32,831 nt of DNA from the NCBI GenBank assembly GCA_965368225.1, contig CBDUMF010000002.1:1-32831 (forward strand). The letters are read 5' to 3'. A model generated the notes under the pieces. It saw only the letters and a list, made by a program, of their open reading frames with translations, did no database searches and was not told where the DNA came from. The position numbers and the translations under genes were made by a program. Shown here piece after piece: positions 7,134 to 16,372 of the stretch; position 1 is the stretch's first letter; every line of letters starts with the position of its first letter. The stretch is from an uncultured Elusimicrobia bacterium. GTDB taxonomy: Bacteria; Elusimicrobiota; Elusimicrobia; Elusimicrobiales; UBA9959.

Positions 7134-8020
7134 TTTGAGACCGCCTTGATCTCCGCGTCCCCGAAGAATTTATAATATTCTCTCATAAGACCCAGACAAT
7201 TTTTTCTTAACACGCATCCCCGGCATTTTTTCGTATAAATTCTTTCCTCTTTCGGCAAAGTAACCCAGGCATACCTGCGCAACACTGGAGGAAGAACGCA
7301 CAGAGGAAAATGATAAAGGCGAAATTCTTTAAACCGCTTTATGAAATTCAGATTTTTCATTATCGCAAAAGAAGAGTCTTCGAACCTGAGCGCTATTTTT
7401 TGACGGTTTTCAAAAGAGATGCCCTCTATTTCGTAATGTATCACCACCACTCTGTAGTCGCGGGCAGCAGCCAGTTTTTTCAGAAGCATTTTTACCAGGT
7501 CTCCGAAATCGGATATATTCTGTTTTATGAGGACTACTCTTATTTCCGTTTTTTGACCCCGGGAAAAGCGGAAGATATTTTTCAGGCCCTCCAGCGTTCT
7601 ATGAAAACTGCCTTTCGCTCCGCTTATCCTGTCATGCTTTGCCGCAGTTGAACCATGGATTGAAACTGCTATTTCAAAGGGAGGATTAGCTATGGCGAAA
7701 AATTTTTTTGCAAATTCTTGGTCAGCGAATTTTTTTCCGTTGGTTAAAAGGGTAACCTGAACATCTGGAACCCTTTTTCTAAGGTATGCAACAAATTTTA
7801 AAAAATCCGGATGAAGAGTGGGCTCTCCTCCGGTCAAACTTATATAGGAAGATTTATCAGCATTTTTATGGTAAACATCTTCCCCTTTCAGGTATTTCTC
7901 GAATTTCTTTATCTGCCATTTTAGCGAATACTGCCGGGGGTTTTGCAAAACGAACGAGCGCATATTGGTGCACATTATGCATTTATTATCGCATTTATTC
8001 CAAACGGCTATATCCGGCAT
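7130..8020 (-). CDS. Radical SAM enzyme, small paralog family
   Basis: CDNKCIMC and C-terminal CRGCVLRKNCLGLMREYYKFFGDAEIKAV. The track start at 8104 is a TTG overlapping the upstream gene by 71 nt. ATG 8020 (MPDIAVWNKCDNKC) gives the N-terminal length seen in the paralogs. Start is uncertain. Confidence 0.75.
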   Translation of the reverse strand: MPDIAVWNKCDNKCIMCTNMRSFVLQNPRQYSLKWQIKKFEKYLKGEDVYHKNADKSSYISLTGGEPTLHPDFLKFVAYLRKRVPDVQVTLLTNGKKFADQEFAKKFFAIANPPFEIAVSIHGSTAAKHDRISGAKGSFHRTLEGLKNIFRFSRGQKTEIRVVLIKQNISDFGDLVKMLLKKLAAARDYRVVVIHYEIEGISFENRQKIALRFEDSSFAIMKNLNFIKRFKEFRLYHFPLCVLPPVLRRYAWVTLPKEERIYTKKCRGCVLRKNCLGLMREYYKFFGDAEIKAVSK

Positions 8021-8033
8021 AGTCAGGCCAAAA

Positions 8034-9497
8034 TCAAAATTTCTCTCTGCTCTTTCTTCTTTCAGCGATACCTTCGCCCCCTGTTGACTCAAACCATGAT
8101 TCAAAAATTTTTCTATTTTTGCGGTCCTGGAGTCTTTCCGTCAAAACCTTAAAAATCCCCTTTTGCACACCACACCAATAGGAATTCCTCAAATTCCCCC
8201 ACGGAGTTTTTTGCTCCTCGTAATTATGAACCGGGCACACCCCGCAAAAAGGCTTGAAAGCACACCTGAAGCATTCGGGCTGATTCTCCAGACAGGAGGT
8301 TATTACGCACAGCTTTGAGGGGGCGCTTGCGACTACATCCGCATAAGAATGGTCCCTCACATTCCCCAACCTAAAGGAAAAATCCCTGCGGGCGCCCACC
8401 ATTCTTCCCTCATCGCAGGTGTAAACATCCCCATTCCAATTATAGGCAATCTGTCCTATAGCAGCTCCGCAGGGAGAACGCAAATCAAGATAATTCGGAT
8501 CTCTTCCAAAAAGCATTTTTTGAAGAATAATCGCCGCTGTTCGCTCGATAAATTTTTCGCCCCTTGAATTTATTTTCAGGCAATAATCCAACGCCCTTTT
8601 ATAAAAGAAAACAAAATCCTCTGCTCTATATCCAATTCTGGAGAAAACCTGCTTAGCGTATCCCACAGGGGAAAGGGGTCTTATAAAAATACCCCCCAAA
8701 CCCAGAGCACGATATTCATCTACTATCTCCCGGGGATAATCCAGCGAATATTTGGTCGTAGTCATCAAGGCAGAAGGCAGAGAGTCTTTTCTTCCCCTGT
8801 TCTTTTCGGAATAATCTGCGAAACGCTTCAGCCAGTTAACCGTAATATCGTAGGAGGAGCCACCGAAGTAAATTCTATTTCTATTGTGAACTTCTCTCGG
8901 TCCGTCAAGGGAGGTGCATACCGAAATCCGATTTTTATTGAGAAATTCAAACTTTCTTTCATCTAACAAGGTAAAATTGGTAACGACCGAAATTTCAAGA
9001 TTCTTGCCAAGACTTCGGTTCTTTCTCAAGGCGTAGTCAACCGTTTTTTTAAGCGTCCGCCAGTTTATCAGGGATTCTCCTCCCTGAAATTCTATGGTGA
9101 TATTTTTGTTTGGGGAGGACAAAGCCATGTCAACACATTTTCTGGCAGTTTCTTCGTTCATATCTGTATTTTTGAAATCCGCTCCCAGAGCACGGCAGTA
9201 AACGCAACGGTGATTGCATTTAAGGGTGAGAACAAAAATGTGAAGAGACGGCCCGTTTTCTCCAGGAGGATTTAAATCTTTAACCGCTGAAACTGCTTTT
9301 CCAAAATCGAGATGGGTTGAGAAAAAACCTTTCTTTTTCAGCTTGCGGGCTAAAGACGGTTTTTTATCAAATTTCCCGTTTTTGACCAAATCAAATTCCG
9401 AGGGTTCCAAAATCATCCAATTTCCAAAATCGTTGGAAATGAAAACCCCTTTTTCGGTCTTTTCAAAATTAAAATTTAAAAGTTTGTCTCTTTGCAT
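8034..9497 (-). CDS. Radical SAM/SPASM peptide maturase, HxsB-like (anSME type)
   Basis: CNHRCVYC. Full SPASM cysteine set: CGAAIGQIAYNWNGDVYTC, CFRCAFKPFCGVC and a final WCG. Collinear paralog of 12685-14097 and 19657-21099. Confidence 0.8.
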   Translation of the reverse strand: MQRDKLLNFNFEKTEKGVFISNDFGNWMILEPSEFDLVKNGKFDKKPSLARKLKKKGFFSTHLDFGKAVSAVKDLNPPGENGPSLHIFVLTLKCNHRCVYCRALGADFKNTDMNEETARKCVDMALSSPNKNITIEFQGGESLINWRTLKKTVDYALRKNRSLGKNLEISVVTNFTLLDERKFEFLNKNRISVCTSLDGPREVHNRNRIYFGGSSYDITVNWLKRFADYSEKNRGRKDSLPSALMTTTKYSLDYPREIVDEYRALGLGGIFIRPLSPVGYAKQVFSRIGYRAEDFVFFYKRALDYCLKINSRGEKFIERTAAIILQKMLFGRDPNYLDLRSPCGAAIGQIAYNWNGDVYTCDEGRMVGARRDFSFRLGNVRDHSYADVVASAPSKLCVITSCLENQPECFRCAFKPFCGVCPVHNYEEQKTPWGNLRNSYWCGVQKGIFKVLTERLQDRKNRKIFESWFESTGGEGIAERRKSREKF

Positions 9498-11766
9498 TGT
9501 TTTTTAATATCGGTCTTATCTCTCCTGAGCCGAACGTTTTCAAATAATCAGATGCCGCGCCCGCGCAATTAAGCAAAAACCTGCATTCATACTCAAAACT
9601 CATCTTGACCAGTTCATCCCCATACTGCGATTCGCGGGCATCTCCCCTGTCTTCGGGCAGAAGAACATCTGCAGCCATATCATGCTCTGGATAAAGAAAG
9701 CAAAGCGGTATATTCAATGTTTTTATGGATACATCCCCGGAAAGCGCCAAAGAAGCTTTTTTCACCGCTCTGGCGGCGGCTGTGTATGTAACGCGTAAAC
9801 TGCGTTTATTTTGAGAGTTTTTTTCAAAATTACCCGTATAGCGGGGAAACCACAAAATAAATTTTTTCACTTGATACTCGCCGAAATATCTTATCGTTGC
9901 AGTCAGAGTGTTTAAATTCAGACCCGTAAGAACGACAACCACGGTAAGGTCAATCCCCGCTTTTTTAAGATTTTCCAGCGCTTTTAAAGAAAGAGGCAAT
10001 TGCCTGCCCGTGCCAAAAAGTTCGGCATTTATCCTGTAATCGCGACTCGCCGTTTTCAGAAAAACAGAATTCAAACCAGCATTTTTAAGGAAGAGAAGGT
10101 AGTTATGATCGGCCAGCTTCATTCCGTTGGTAAGAATGGTTCTCTGAATAAACCCACTTCTTTTCGCCAACTTCAGAAAAAACCCGAGGTCCGCAGAAAC
10201 CGTCGGTTCGCCGCCCGCGAAAAGTATATTGTTAAAAAATTTTTTCGCCCGACACATATTTAGCGCCGCAACATTTCTGTTCAAAATGCCGCCCCTGTAA
10301 GAATTGGGGCAAAACAAGCAATTCAGGTTGCACCGTCCGCCGAACTGAAATTCATAAACGCTTGCTGAAAGACGATTGAAAAGAGGATTTGAAACAACGG
10401 GGAACTTTTTCTGCGCGCTTGATTTAATCTGAGAACGATATTTCCTTTCAAGAACCTTAGTTGTCCTGGCTTCAAAAAACTCTTTTTTTATCTCAAAAGC
10501 AGCTTCCTCCCTTTGCAGGACGGCATACGCCGGGCCGATGTCGGAGAGTATTTTCTTCCGTGAAAGATTCTTAATCTCTTTTCCAAAAACGGACTCAATA
10601 TTTTTCCCGAAGCGCGTTCTGAAATCTTTTTTGGGAATTCTTCCCCGGTGAAGCGTCTCAAGCAACACAAAGTTTATCATTTCGTCTTTCATGCTCAAAC
10701 CAACAAACTTTTCAATAGGATACTTTCCGCGTAAAAGCGCTTGCTCATATTTATACTCATCGCAGATATTCTGATATCTTGCCTCTCGTACGGCGTATGA
10801 AACCGCGCTGGGCCCGAGTCCCAAAATGGAATAGGATCCTTCTTCGCCCTGGTCATAACTGTATGGCCATTGATTGCCTTTCCTCTTATAGACCCAATGC
10901 CCACAGCGCATGATATATCCCGAAGAGGTAAGAATTTCAAGAGCCCTTCTTCTAAACCTCCGCGCCTCCTCCTTCGCCGCGCCGGATAAGGAGCCTTTCT
11001 TTTCCTCAAAAGCGCACTGATATCTTGGCTGAAAATCGAATATATAAATCCTTTCCAGATCCAGTTCCGCTATTTTTTTCACGTCTGCGATAAAACTTTC
11101 ATAGCCCTGATGCGGCAGACCGCACATTAAGTCCGCCTCAACCTGCTTTATGCCGATTTTCTTTGCCTTCTTCAAAATTTCAAGAGCGCGCTCTCCGTTC
11201 TGCACCCGATTATGCCTTTTCATCAATTTATCGTCAAGACTCTGAATTCCGACTGCAAGCCAGTGAACATTATTTTTCTTCAGCGTTCTAAGTTTCTCTT
11301 CTGTAAGTGTGGAGGGACTGGCTTCAAAAGCGATTTTGGTCCCAGAGGAAATATTGAAATTGGCCCTCGCAATTTTAAAAAACTCATCCAGGTCTTCAGT
11401 ATTCATAAGGCTTGGAGTGCCTCCTCCAACGCAAAAGTACCTTATTTTCCTCCCCCTGAAAGCGGATTTCATTAAACGCGCCTCCATCTCATATGCGCGC
11501 AGGAAATTTTTTATCTCTTTCCTTAAGCAGGGGACTTTCTTGTAAAACCCGCAGAAAGAGCATTCGCTCGGGCAAAAGGGGAAATGCACATACACGACAG
11601 GCTCGTTCGAATGCTTTTTGAGCGACCTGTTCCACAATTTCGTCAAATCAACGCCCTCGTTAAATCTTCCCCACGCCGCCATCGGAGGATAATTTGGCGG
11701 AAACTCGGGCAAAGTGTCGGCATCGCATTTTGAAAATAATTCCCTTAAAACTTCGTCTTTTATCAT
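9469..11766 (-). CDS. Fusion protein with two radical SAM domains: N-terminal HemN-like (class C rSAM methyltransferase/coproporphyrinogen-dehydrogenase-like) plus C-terminal small-paralog-family rSAM
   Basis: First cluster motif CPSECSFC with GGGTPS and a HemN_C-like segment (MKDEMINFVLLETLHRG...). Second motif CNLNCLFC with GGEPT and C-terminal CRFLLNCAG..DYLKTFGSGEIRPI. I chose the start at ATG 11766 (MIKDEVL..PPNYPPMAAW, which aligns with the N-terminus of 16586-17941), 1 nt after the upstream stop. Confidence 0.8.
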   Translation of the reverse strand: MIKDEVLRELFSKCDADTLPEFPPNYPPMAAWGRFNEGVDLTKLWNRSLKKHSNEPVVYVHFPFCPSECSFCGFYKKVPCLRKEIKNFLRAYEMEARLMKSAFRGRKIRYFCVGGGTPSLMNTEDLDEFFKIARANFNISSGTKIAFEASPSTLTEEKLRTLKKNNVHWLAVGIQSLDDKLMKRHNRVQNGERALEILKKAKKIGIKQVEADLMCGLPHQGYESFIADVKKIAELDLERIYIFDFQPRYQCAFEEKKGSLSGAAKEEARRFRRRALEILTSSGYIMRCGHWVYKRKGNQWPYSYDQGEEGSYSILGLGPSAVSYAVREARYQNICDEYKYEQALLRGKYPIEKFVGLSMKDEMINFVLLETLHRGRIPKKDFRTRFGKNIESVFGKEIKNLSRKKILSDIGPAYAVLQREEAAFEIKKEFFEARTTKVLERKYRSQIKSSAQKKFPVVSNPLFNRLSASVYEFQFGGRCNLNCLFCPNSYRGGILNRNVAALNMCRAKKFFNNILFAGGEPTVSADLGFFLKLAKRSGFIQRTILTNGMKLADHNYLLFLKNAGLNSVFLKTASRDYRINAELFGTGRQLPLSLKALENLKKAGIDLTVVVVLTGLNLNTLTATIRYFGEYQVKKFILWFPRYTGNFEKNSQNKRSLRVTYTAAARAVKKASLALSGDVSIKTLNIPLCFLYPEHDMAADVLLPEDRGDARESQYGDELVKMSFEYECRFLLNCAGAASDYLKTFGSGEIRPILKNNAKRQTFKF

Positions 11767-11767
11767 A

Positions 11768-12667
11768 TCACCCGCTTTTAACCGGCTTAAATTCCGACCA
11801 GCCGTAAATTTGCGGATATTCCCGCCACGGCCCCTCGCAAACATTAAAATAAGCGCATTTAGTGCACTTTTTGTGCTTGACCTTTCCCTCACTCCTGCGA
11901 TAATCCCCATAATTTTCCACATATACGTTCGCATCGACCACGGGCCCTTCAGGAATTATTCTCTCGGCCACGCACTGCTCATATCCCTTCATAAAACAAT
12001 AAGGAATGGCTTCCGTAAAACATAAAGTTTTGTTCCCAACACCTATGTCAAGTGCCCTGCGCACGTAGGGCATTATTTCGCTTTTCCTTGGAACTATCCA
12101 TTTTCTGTTTTTAAAAGCGGTCCCTATAATGTGAACAAACGCTAATTGAAACTGATCCACTTTAAGATACACAAGCAATTTGGCGAGTTCCGGAAGGTCC
12201 TTGTAATTGGCTGAAGTTATAACTGTATTCGTCAAAACATACATACCGAGCTTTTTACAATTCATTATCCCCTTCACCACCTGAGCGAAACTTCCCCTGG
12301 AATGCGTGAGACTTTCATGTATCTTGGCCCTTGAACCATGAAGAGAAGGCCCCATTTCGTTCACTCCGGCTTTCTTCAACTTAAGGCAATAATCGTAATA
12401 GGCAAACCTCCTTCCGTTTGTCTGAACCTGAATACTGGAAAAGCCCAATTTCTTTGCCTCTTTCACCGCTTCGATAAGATTCGGATGCAGAGTCGGTTCT
12501 CCACCGGTAAACACGACTCCGTTTATTTTTTTTGCTGCAGCGTCCTTTAAAATCTTTTTTATTTCCGAAAGTGGCCTGCGCTTTATTATGGAACGTTTGT
12601 CTCCCTGAGCGCAAAAATCGCAGCGATTATTGCAGTCAAATCCTATTTTAACATCTATTCTCTTCAT
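11768..12667 (-). CDS. Radical SAM enzyme, small paralog family
   Basis: CNNRCDFC and C-terminal CTKCAYFNVCEGPWREYPQIYGWSEFKPV. ATG 12667 is preferred over GTG 12724, which would overlap the upstream gene by 40 nt. Confidence 0.8.
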   Translation of the reverse strand: MKRIDVKIGFDCNNRCDFCAQGDKRSIIKRRPLSEIKKILKDAAAKKINGVVFTGGEPTLHPNLIEAVKEAKKLGFSSIQVQTNGRRFAYYDYCLKLKKAGVNEMGPSLHGSRAKIHESLTHSRGSFAQVVKGIMNCKKLGMYVLTNTVITSANYKDLPELAKLLVYLKVDQFQLAFVHIIGTAFKNRKWIVPRKSEIMPYVRRALDIGVGNKTLCFTEAIPYCFMKGYEQCVAERIIPEGPVVDANVYVENYGDYRRSEGKVKHKKCTKCAYFNVCEGPWREYPQIYGWSEFKPVKSG

Positions 12668-12684
12668 TGTCGAATTATACCGAA

Positions 12685-14097
12685 TCAAGATTCGTGAAGC
12701 GAAAGCCACTTTTTGAATATCCACATCGTTTCTCTGCTGTCAAGTTTTCGGCACAGCAATTTGAAAATTCCTCTGTAAATTTTACATCTGTCGTTCACAA
12801 TCATATTCCCCCAGAATGAATTCTGTGAGGACAGGTTCAACGCCGGCATTGCGTGGCAATAGGGATTCCAGGCACATCTGGAACACCTCACCTGATTAAG
12901 AAAATTGAAATTACTCAGAAGAAGAAGTTTGGAAAGCGGCCTGTTCAAGATGTCCTTGAAGGAATCTCTTTCAACACTGCCCAATTTAAGAGTTTCTTCA
13001 CCTGAGTTGGCGATCATTCTCGCTTCGTCACTTCCATATATTCCTCCATCCCAATTATACGCCAGACGCATGAGTAAATCTAAATTATGATATCTCGGGC
13101 GCTGGTAATTAAGCATATGACTGAGAAACAAAAAGGCACCTTTTTCATAAACGCCTATGCCTTTTTTATTGAGGGAAATAATATAATCCAGGGCCCTTTC
13201 GTAAAAAGACAAAAATTCCTCCGGCAAGTAACCGACTTTGTTCCAATGCGTTTTGGCCCTGCCGGTTTTATCCAGAGGTCCTACCTGAATTCGCACCAGA
13301 CCAAGGCGAAGATATTCATCCACTATTTCTTTGGGATAATTAAGCGAAAATCTGCTTATCGTGCATATTGCGTTCGGTTTTTCAAATTTCTTTTTAATGG
13401 CAAGAGCATTTATCCGTCCCAGCCATCTGACCGCTGCTTCGTAAGACGAACCTTTCAAGAGTTTTCTGTTAAGGTCGTGAATGAATTTAGGACCATCAAG
13501 CGAAGAGCAGACGACAACCCTGTTTGCCAACAGGAATTTTAAAATTTTCCCATCCATGACGGAGAGATTGCTTACTATGGAAAAACTTAACTCCTTTCCC
13601 TCCTTCTCACCGCGCTTCTTTGCCTTTTCAACTATATATTTCACAGCTCTAAAATTCAAGAGCGGTTCCCCTCCCTGAAACTCTATCATTATTTTCTTGT
13701 TCGGGACTGAAAAGATAAAATCAAGGGTTTTCCTGGCTGTTTCCAACGTCATGTCGCTTTCAAGCGGGCGAAACGGTCCGGCCGAGGCTCCGCAATAAGA
13801 ACAAAACGAATTGCATCTCTTTGTAACGCTGATTATATGAACATGAGGTCCTTTCCAGTCCATGAAAAAATTTCGCCGTAAACATTTCGCCGCCCTATCC
13901 ATGTCCAGATAGTCGGAAAAAAACATTCCTTTTTTCAAGCATTGTTTTGCTTTTTCTCCAACACTTTCGCCATTCACAAAAGACCTGAAATCCACACTGC
14001 TCAAAGAACAATTGAAGGAAAAAATGTTAGAGATAAAATATCTCTCTCTTATCTTCGCGAAATTAAAATCCATGGGTTTGGCGGGCGTTTTTTTCAT
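12685..14097 (-). CDS. Radical SAM enzyme, HxsB-like paralog with a degenerate SPASM domain
   Basis: CNSFCSYC. Collinear with the other two HxsB-like proteins but lacks the CGAA Cys, has YGSDEAR in place of YTCDEGR, and has CSRCAWNPYCHAM in place of C..C.....CGVC. ATGA overlap with the upstream gene. Confidence 0.8.
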   Translation of the reverse strand: MKKTPAKPMDFNFAKIRERYFISNIFSFNCSLSSVDFRSFVNGESVGEKAKQCLKKGMFFSDYLDMDRAAKCLRRNFFMDWKGPHVHIISVTKRCNSFCSYCGASAGPFRPLESDMTLETARKTLDFIFSVPNKKIMIEFQGGEPLLNFRAVKYIVEKAKKRGEKEGKELSFSIVSNLSVMDGKILKFLLANRVVVCSSLDGPKFIHDLNRKLLKGSSYEAAVRWLGRINALAIKKKFEKPNAICTISRFSLNYPKEIVDEYLRLGLVRIQVGPLDKTGRAKTHWNKVGYLPEEFLSFYERALDYIISLNKKGIGVYEKGAFLFLSHMLNYQRPRYHNLDLLMRLAYNWDGGIYGSDEARMIANSGEETLKLGSVERDSFKDILNRPLSKLLLLSNFNFLNQVRCSRCAWNPYCHAMPALNLSSQNSFWGNMIVNDRCKIYRGIFKLLCRKLDSRETMWIFKKWLSLHES

Positions 14098-15185
14098 GTG
14101 TAACCCTCCGCAAAAAGTTTGGCAAGATACTTCAGGTAACTCCTGAACCTCTCATGGGTATGCGATAGATGAAGGATTCGGGCAACGGCATTTTTGGCAA
14201 TCTCAGTTCTCCTGCTGTAGGCAATAGAACCTTCTTTTAGAGCCGGTAAAACATAATATTCTGCGGCACACTTTTGACAGCGCCTTGAATCCCGGCGCGG
14301 AAGACAGGCGTTAAATCTGTCTATTATCCCGCTTTCAGCAGAACCAATTGAAACTTTTCTTCTCTCCTCCATATTCGCCACAAAAGCATAGGGATAAAAT
14401 GCGAAAGTTCCGTCCGGATAGAGTTCAAGGTCCCTCAAAAAAGGACAAAAGGCGTTCGGATATTCTCTCTCTCTGAAAAATTCAAGGAAGGGTTCAAAGA
14501 GAATAAACTCGTTATTCTCGACCATCTGAAAGACGTCTCTCACAATCTCTTCCAGGTTTGCGGAAAAATTCTCGTAATCCTCCCTCCGCCACCTGAAGCC
14601 ATGAACGCATTCCAGGCCGATATTCCTGAAACCAATTCTCAAAAGTTCCCTGAAGTCCTCGTGCATACGGGTGGCCTGTTGTGGATGAACGCAGAAAATC
14701 ACATGGGCCCTTTCGCCCAATTCAGAGAGAATAAGCGAAATTTTAGGCATGAGAAGATTGTATGAACCCTGCCCGCCGGGAAGCTTTCGGGTAAAATCCT
14801 GAGTAGCAGAACTTCCCGAAAAACTTACGGAAAACCTTATATCATTTGCAGCTATATATTTCAGATGTCTTTTCTCGACCAGAAGTCCGTTTGAAGCAAT
14901 AGAAACTGAAAGTTGCTTTTTTCTTTTCGCGGCGATTTTTCTTGCCTCCTCTATTATTTTCGCGGATAAATCAAATGCAAGCATGGGTTCGCCGCCATAT
15001 ATTTCAAGGATTTTCTTTTCGCCGGGAGAGCCTATAAAAAAATCAAGTGACTTTTTTGCCTTCTCAAAAGGGATTCTCATATTCTCGCTCTTGTCGATGA
15101 AGCAATGAACGCATCTCAGGCAACAATCCGACGTAACAGCTATCTTGAATTTGTTTATCTCCTTGTTGAAAGTTGTTCTTTTCAT
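14094..15185 (-). CDS. Radical SAM enzyme, anSME-like N-terminus; possible HxsC-type partner of the adjacent HxsB-like gene
   Basis: CCLRCVHC (Cx3Cx2C counted from the first Cys), GGEPML, and a C-terminal CLPRRDSRRCQKC cluster. The HxsC assignment is only positional. Confidence 0.75.
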   Translation of the reverse strand: MKRTTFNKEINKFKIAVTSDCCLRCVHCFIDKSENMRIPFEKAKKSLDFFIGSPGEKKILEIYGGEPMLAFDLSAKIIEEARKIAAKRKKQLSVSIASNGLLVEKRHLKYIAANDIRFSVSFSGSSATQDFTRKLPGGQGSYNLLMPKISLILSELGERAHVIFCVHPQQATRMHEDFRELLRIGFRNIGLECVHGFRWRREDYENFSANLEEIVRDVFQMVENNEFILFEPFLEFFREREYPNAFCPFLRDLELYPDGTFAFYPYAFVANMEERRKVSIGSAESGIIDRFNACLPRRDSRRCQKCAAEYYVLPALKEGSIAYSRRTEIAKNAVARILHLSHTHERFRSYLKYLAKLFAEGYT

Positions 15186-15188
15186 AAT

Positions 15189-16256
15189 TTAGAAAATGGT
15201 TTTTACAACATTCTTCCTACGCTTTTTAATGGGCACAAACTCCGAAGTGCCGAAAATCTCTACATATTCCCTGTCTATTCCGCGACAAACCTTGCCAACA
15301 GAGCATCTCCGGCAAACAGGCAGCTTGACAGTCTGCTTGTTTTTCATAGTTGCCATATTTACCGTCTTGCCGTCCGGAAGAAGAAGGGGGTCCCCACTTT
15401 CCTCGTCCAGTTCCCAATCAGCAATAATATCCATGCAATCAGGAAAAAGGCAGGGCGGAAAATTGACAAGCATCCTTGAAAACGCAGGCATTTTATACTC
15501 GGTTAAGAGCTTAAGTCCTTCATACACTTTAGCTGCGGCCCTGGAAATGGAGATTTTGAGGGACTGAAGATTTTTGCTCATCATTCCGCGGTAATGAGCA
15601 TAAATTATGTTATAGTAATTGATACCAAGGTTCAAATAAGCCATCCTGAAAAACTCCGGAAAATTCCTGTAATTTAAGGCATTTAACACTTGATTGGTTC
15701 CGACTTCCTGTCCCATCTCCCTCACATTTTCAATCGCTCTCATCACTTTTTTAAAGGCTCCCTTTTTGTTTACAAGTTTGTCGTGGACCATTGAATTGTG
15801 TCCGTGTATGGAAATGTCAAACATATTGAAGCCACTTTCAGCAAGATGGCGAACATATGACTTATCAGAAAGTTTGAGCCCGTTAGTGCAGATTTTTACG
15901 CATTCATAACCCGCCTTTCTGGCAAAAGTCGCAATCTTGCCTATATCCTTTCTTAAACTCGGCTCCCCCCCTATAATAGCGGCTATCCAGGAGCCTTTTT
16001 TCCTACCTTCATACAGCGTTCTGTAAATCAGATTTATCTCGGGCTCGGGAAAAGCCCCGAAATCCTCAGGAGCGTTATAGCAAAACAAACATCTATTATT
16101 ACATGAGGAATTAACTGTAACCTCGCACACCCTGGCTTTCCTGTTTATCGGCCACTGAATATTTTTTACTCTTTCGCGAATGAAACTTTCGTCAGCTGAT
16201 GGGAATTTGCGCTTCAAATATTCATAATTTCTTTGGGAAACTGGCAAGACGGGCAT
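15189..16256 (-). CDS. Radical SAM enzyme, small paralog family; first gene of the long operon
   Basis: CNNRCLFC, GGEPS, and C-terminal CRRCSVGKVCRGIDREYVEIFGTSEFVPI. ATG 16256 is preceded by GAGG plus a 5-nt spacer. Confidence 0.85.
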   Translation of the reverse strand: MPVLPVSQRNYEYLKRKFPSADESFIRERVKNIQWPINRKARVCEVTVNSSCNNRCLFCYNAPEDFGAFPEPEINLIYRTLYEGRKKGSWIAAIIGGEPSLRKDIGKIATFARKAGYECVKICTNGLKLSDKSYVRHLAESGFNMFDISIHGHNSMVHDKLVNKKGAFKKVMRAIENVREMGQEVGTNQVLNALNYRNFPEFFRMAYLNLGINYYNIIYAHYRGMMSKNLQSLKISISRAAAKVYEGLKLLTEYKMPAFSRMLVNFPPCLFPDCMDIIADWELDEESGDPLLLPDGKTVNMATMKNKQTVKLPVCRRCSVGKVCRGIDREYVEIFGTSEFVPIKKRRKNVVKTIF

Positions 16257-16348
16257 AAAAACCTCTGTATGGCGGGAAAGTTTTGTTTTGGTAAAACAGT
16301 TCTCCCGGAAAGCATTCTAAAAAACCAGATTTATTCTGCAAATAACGT

Positions 16349-16372
16349 CTTGTATTCACATCGTGAATACAA
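16349..16372. promoter_or_regulatory. 10-bp-arm inverted repeat TTGTATTCAC-ATC-GTGAATACAA in the divergent intergenic region; candidate operator
   Basis: Read directly; coordinates +/-2 nt. It lies just upstream (minus-strand sense) of a weak candidate promoter, TTGCAG-16-TAGAAT, at about 16340..16313. Two ATTGCAAAGT direct repeats follow at about 16387-16411. Confidence 0.4.
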
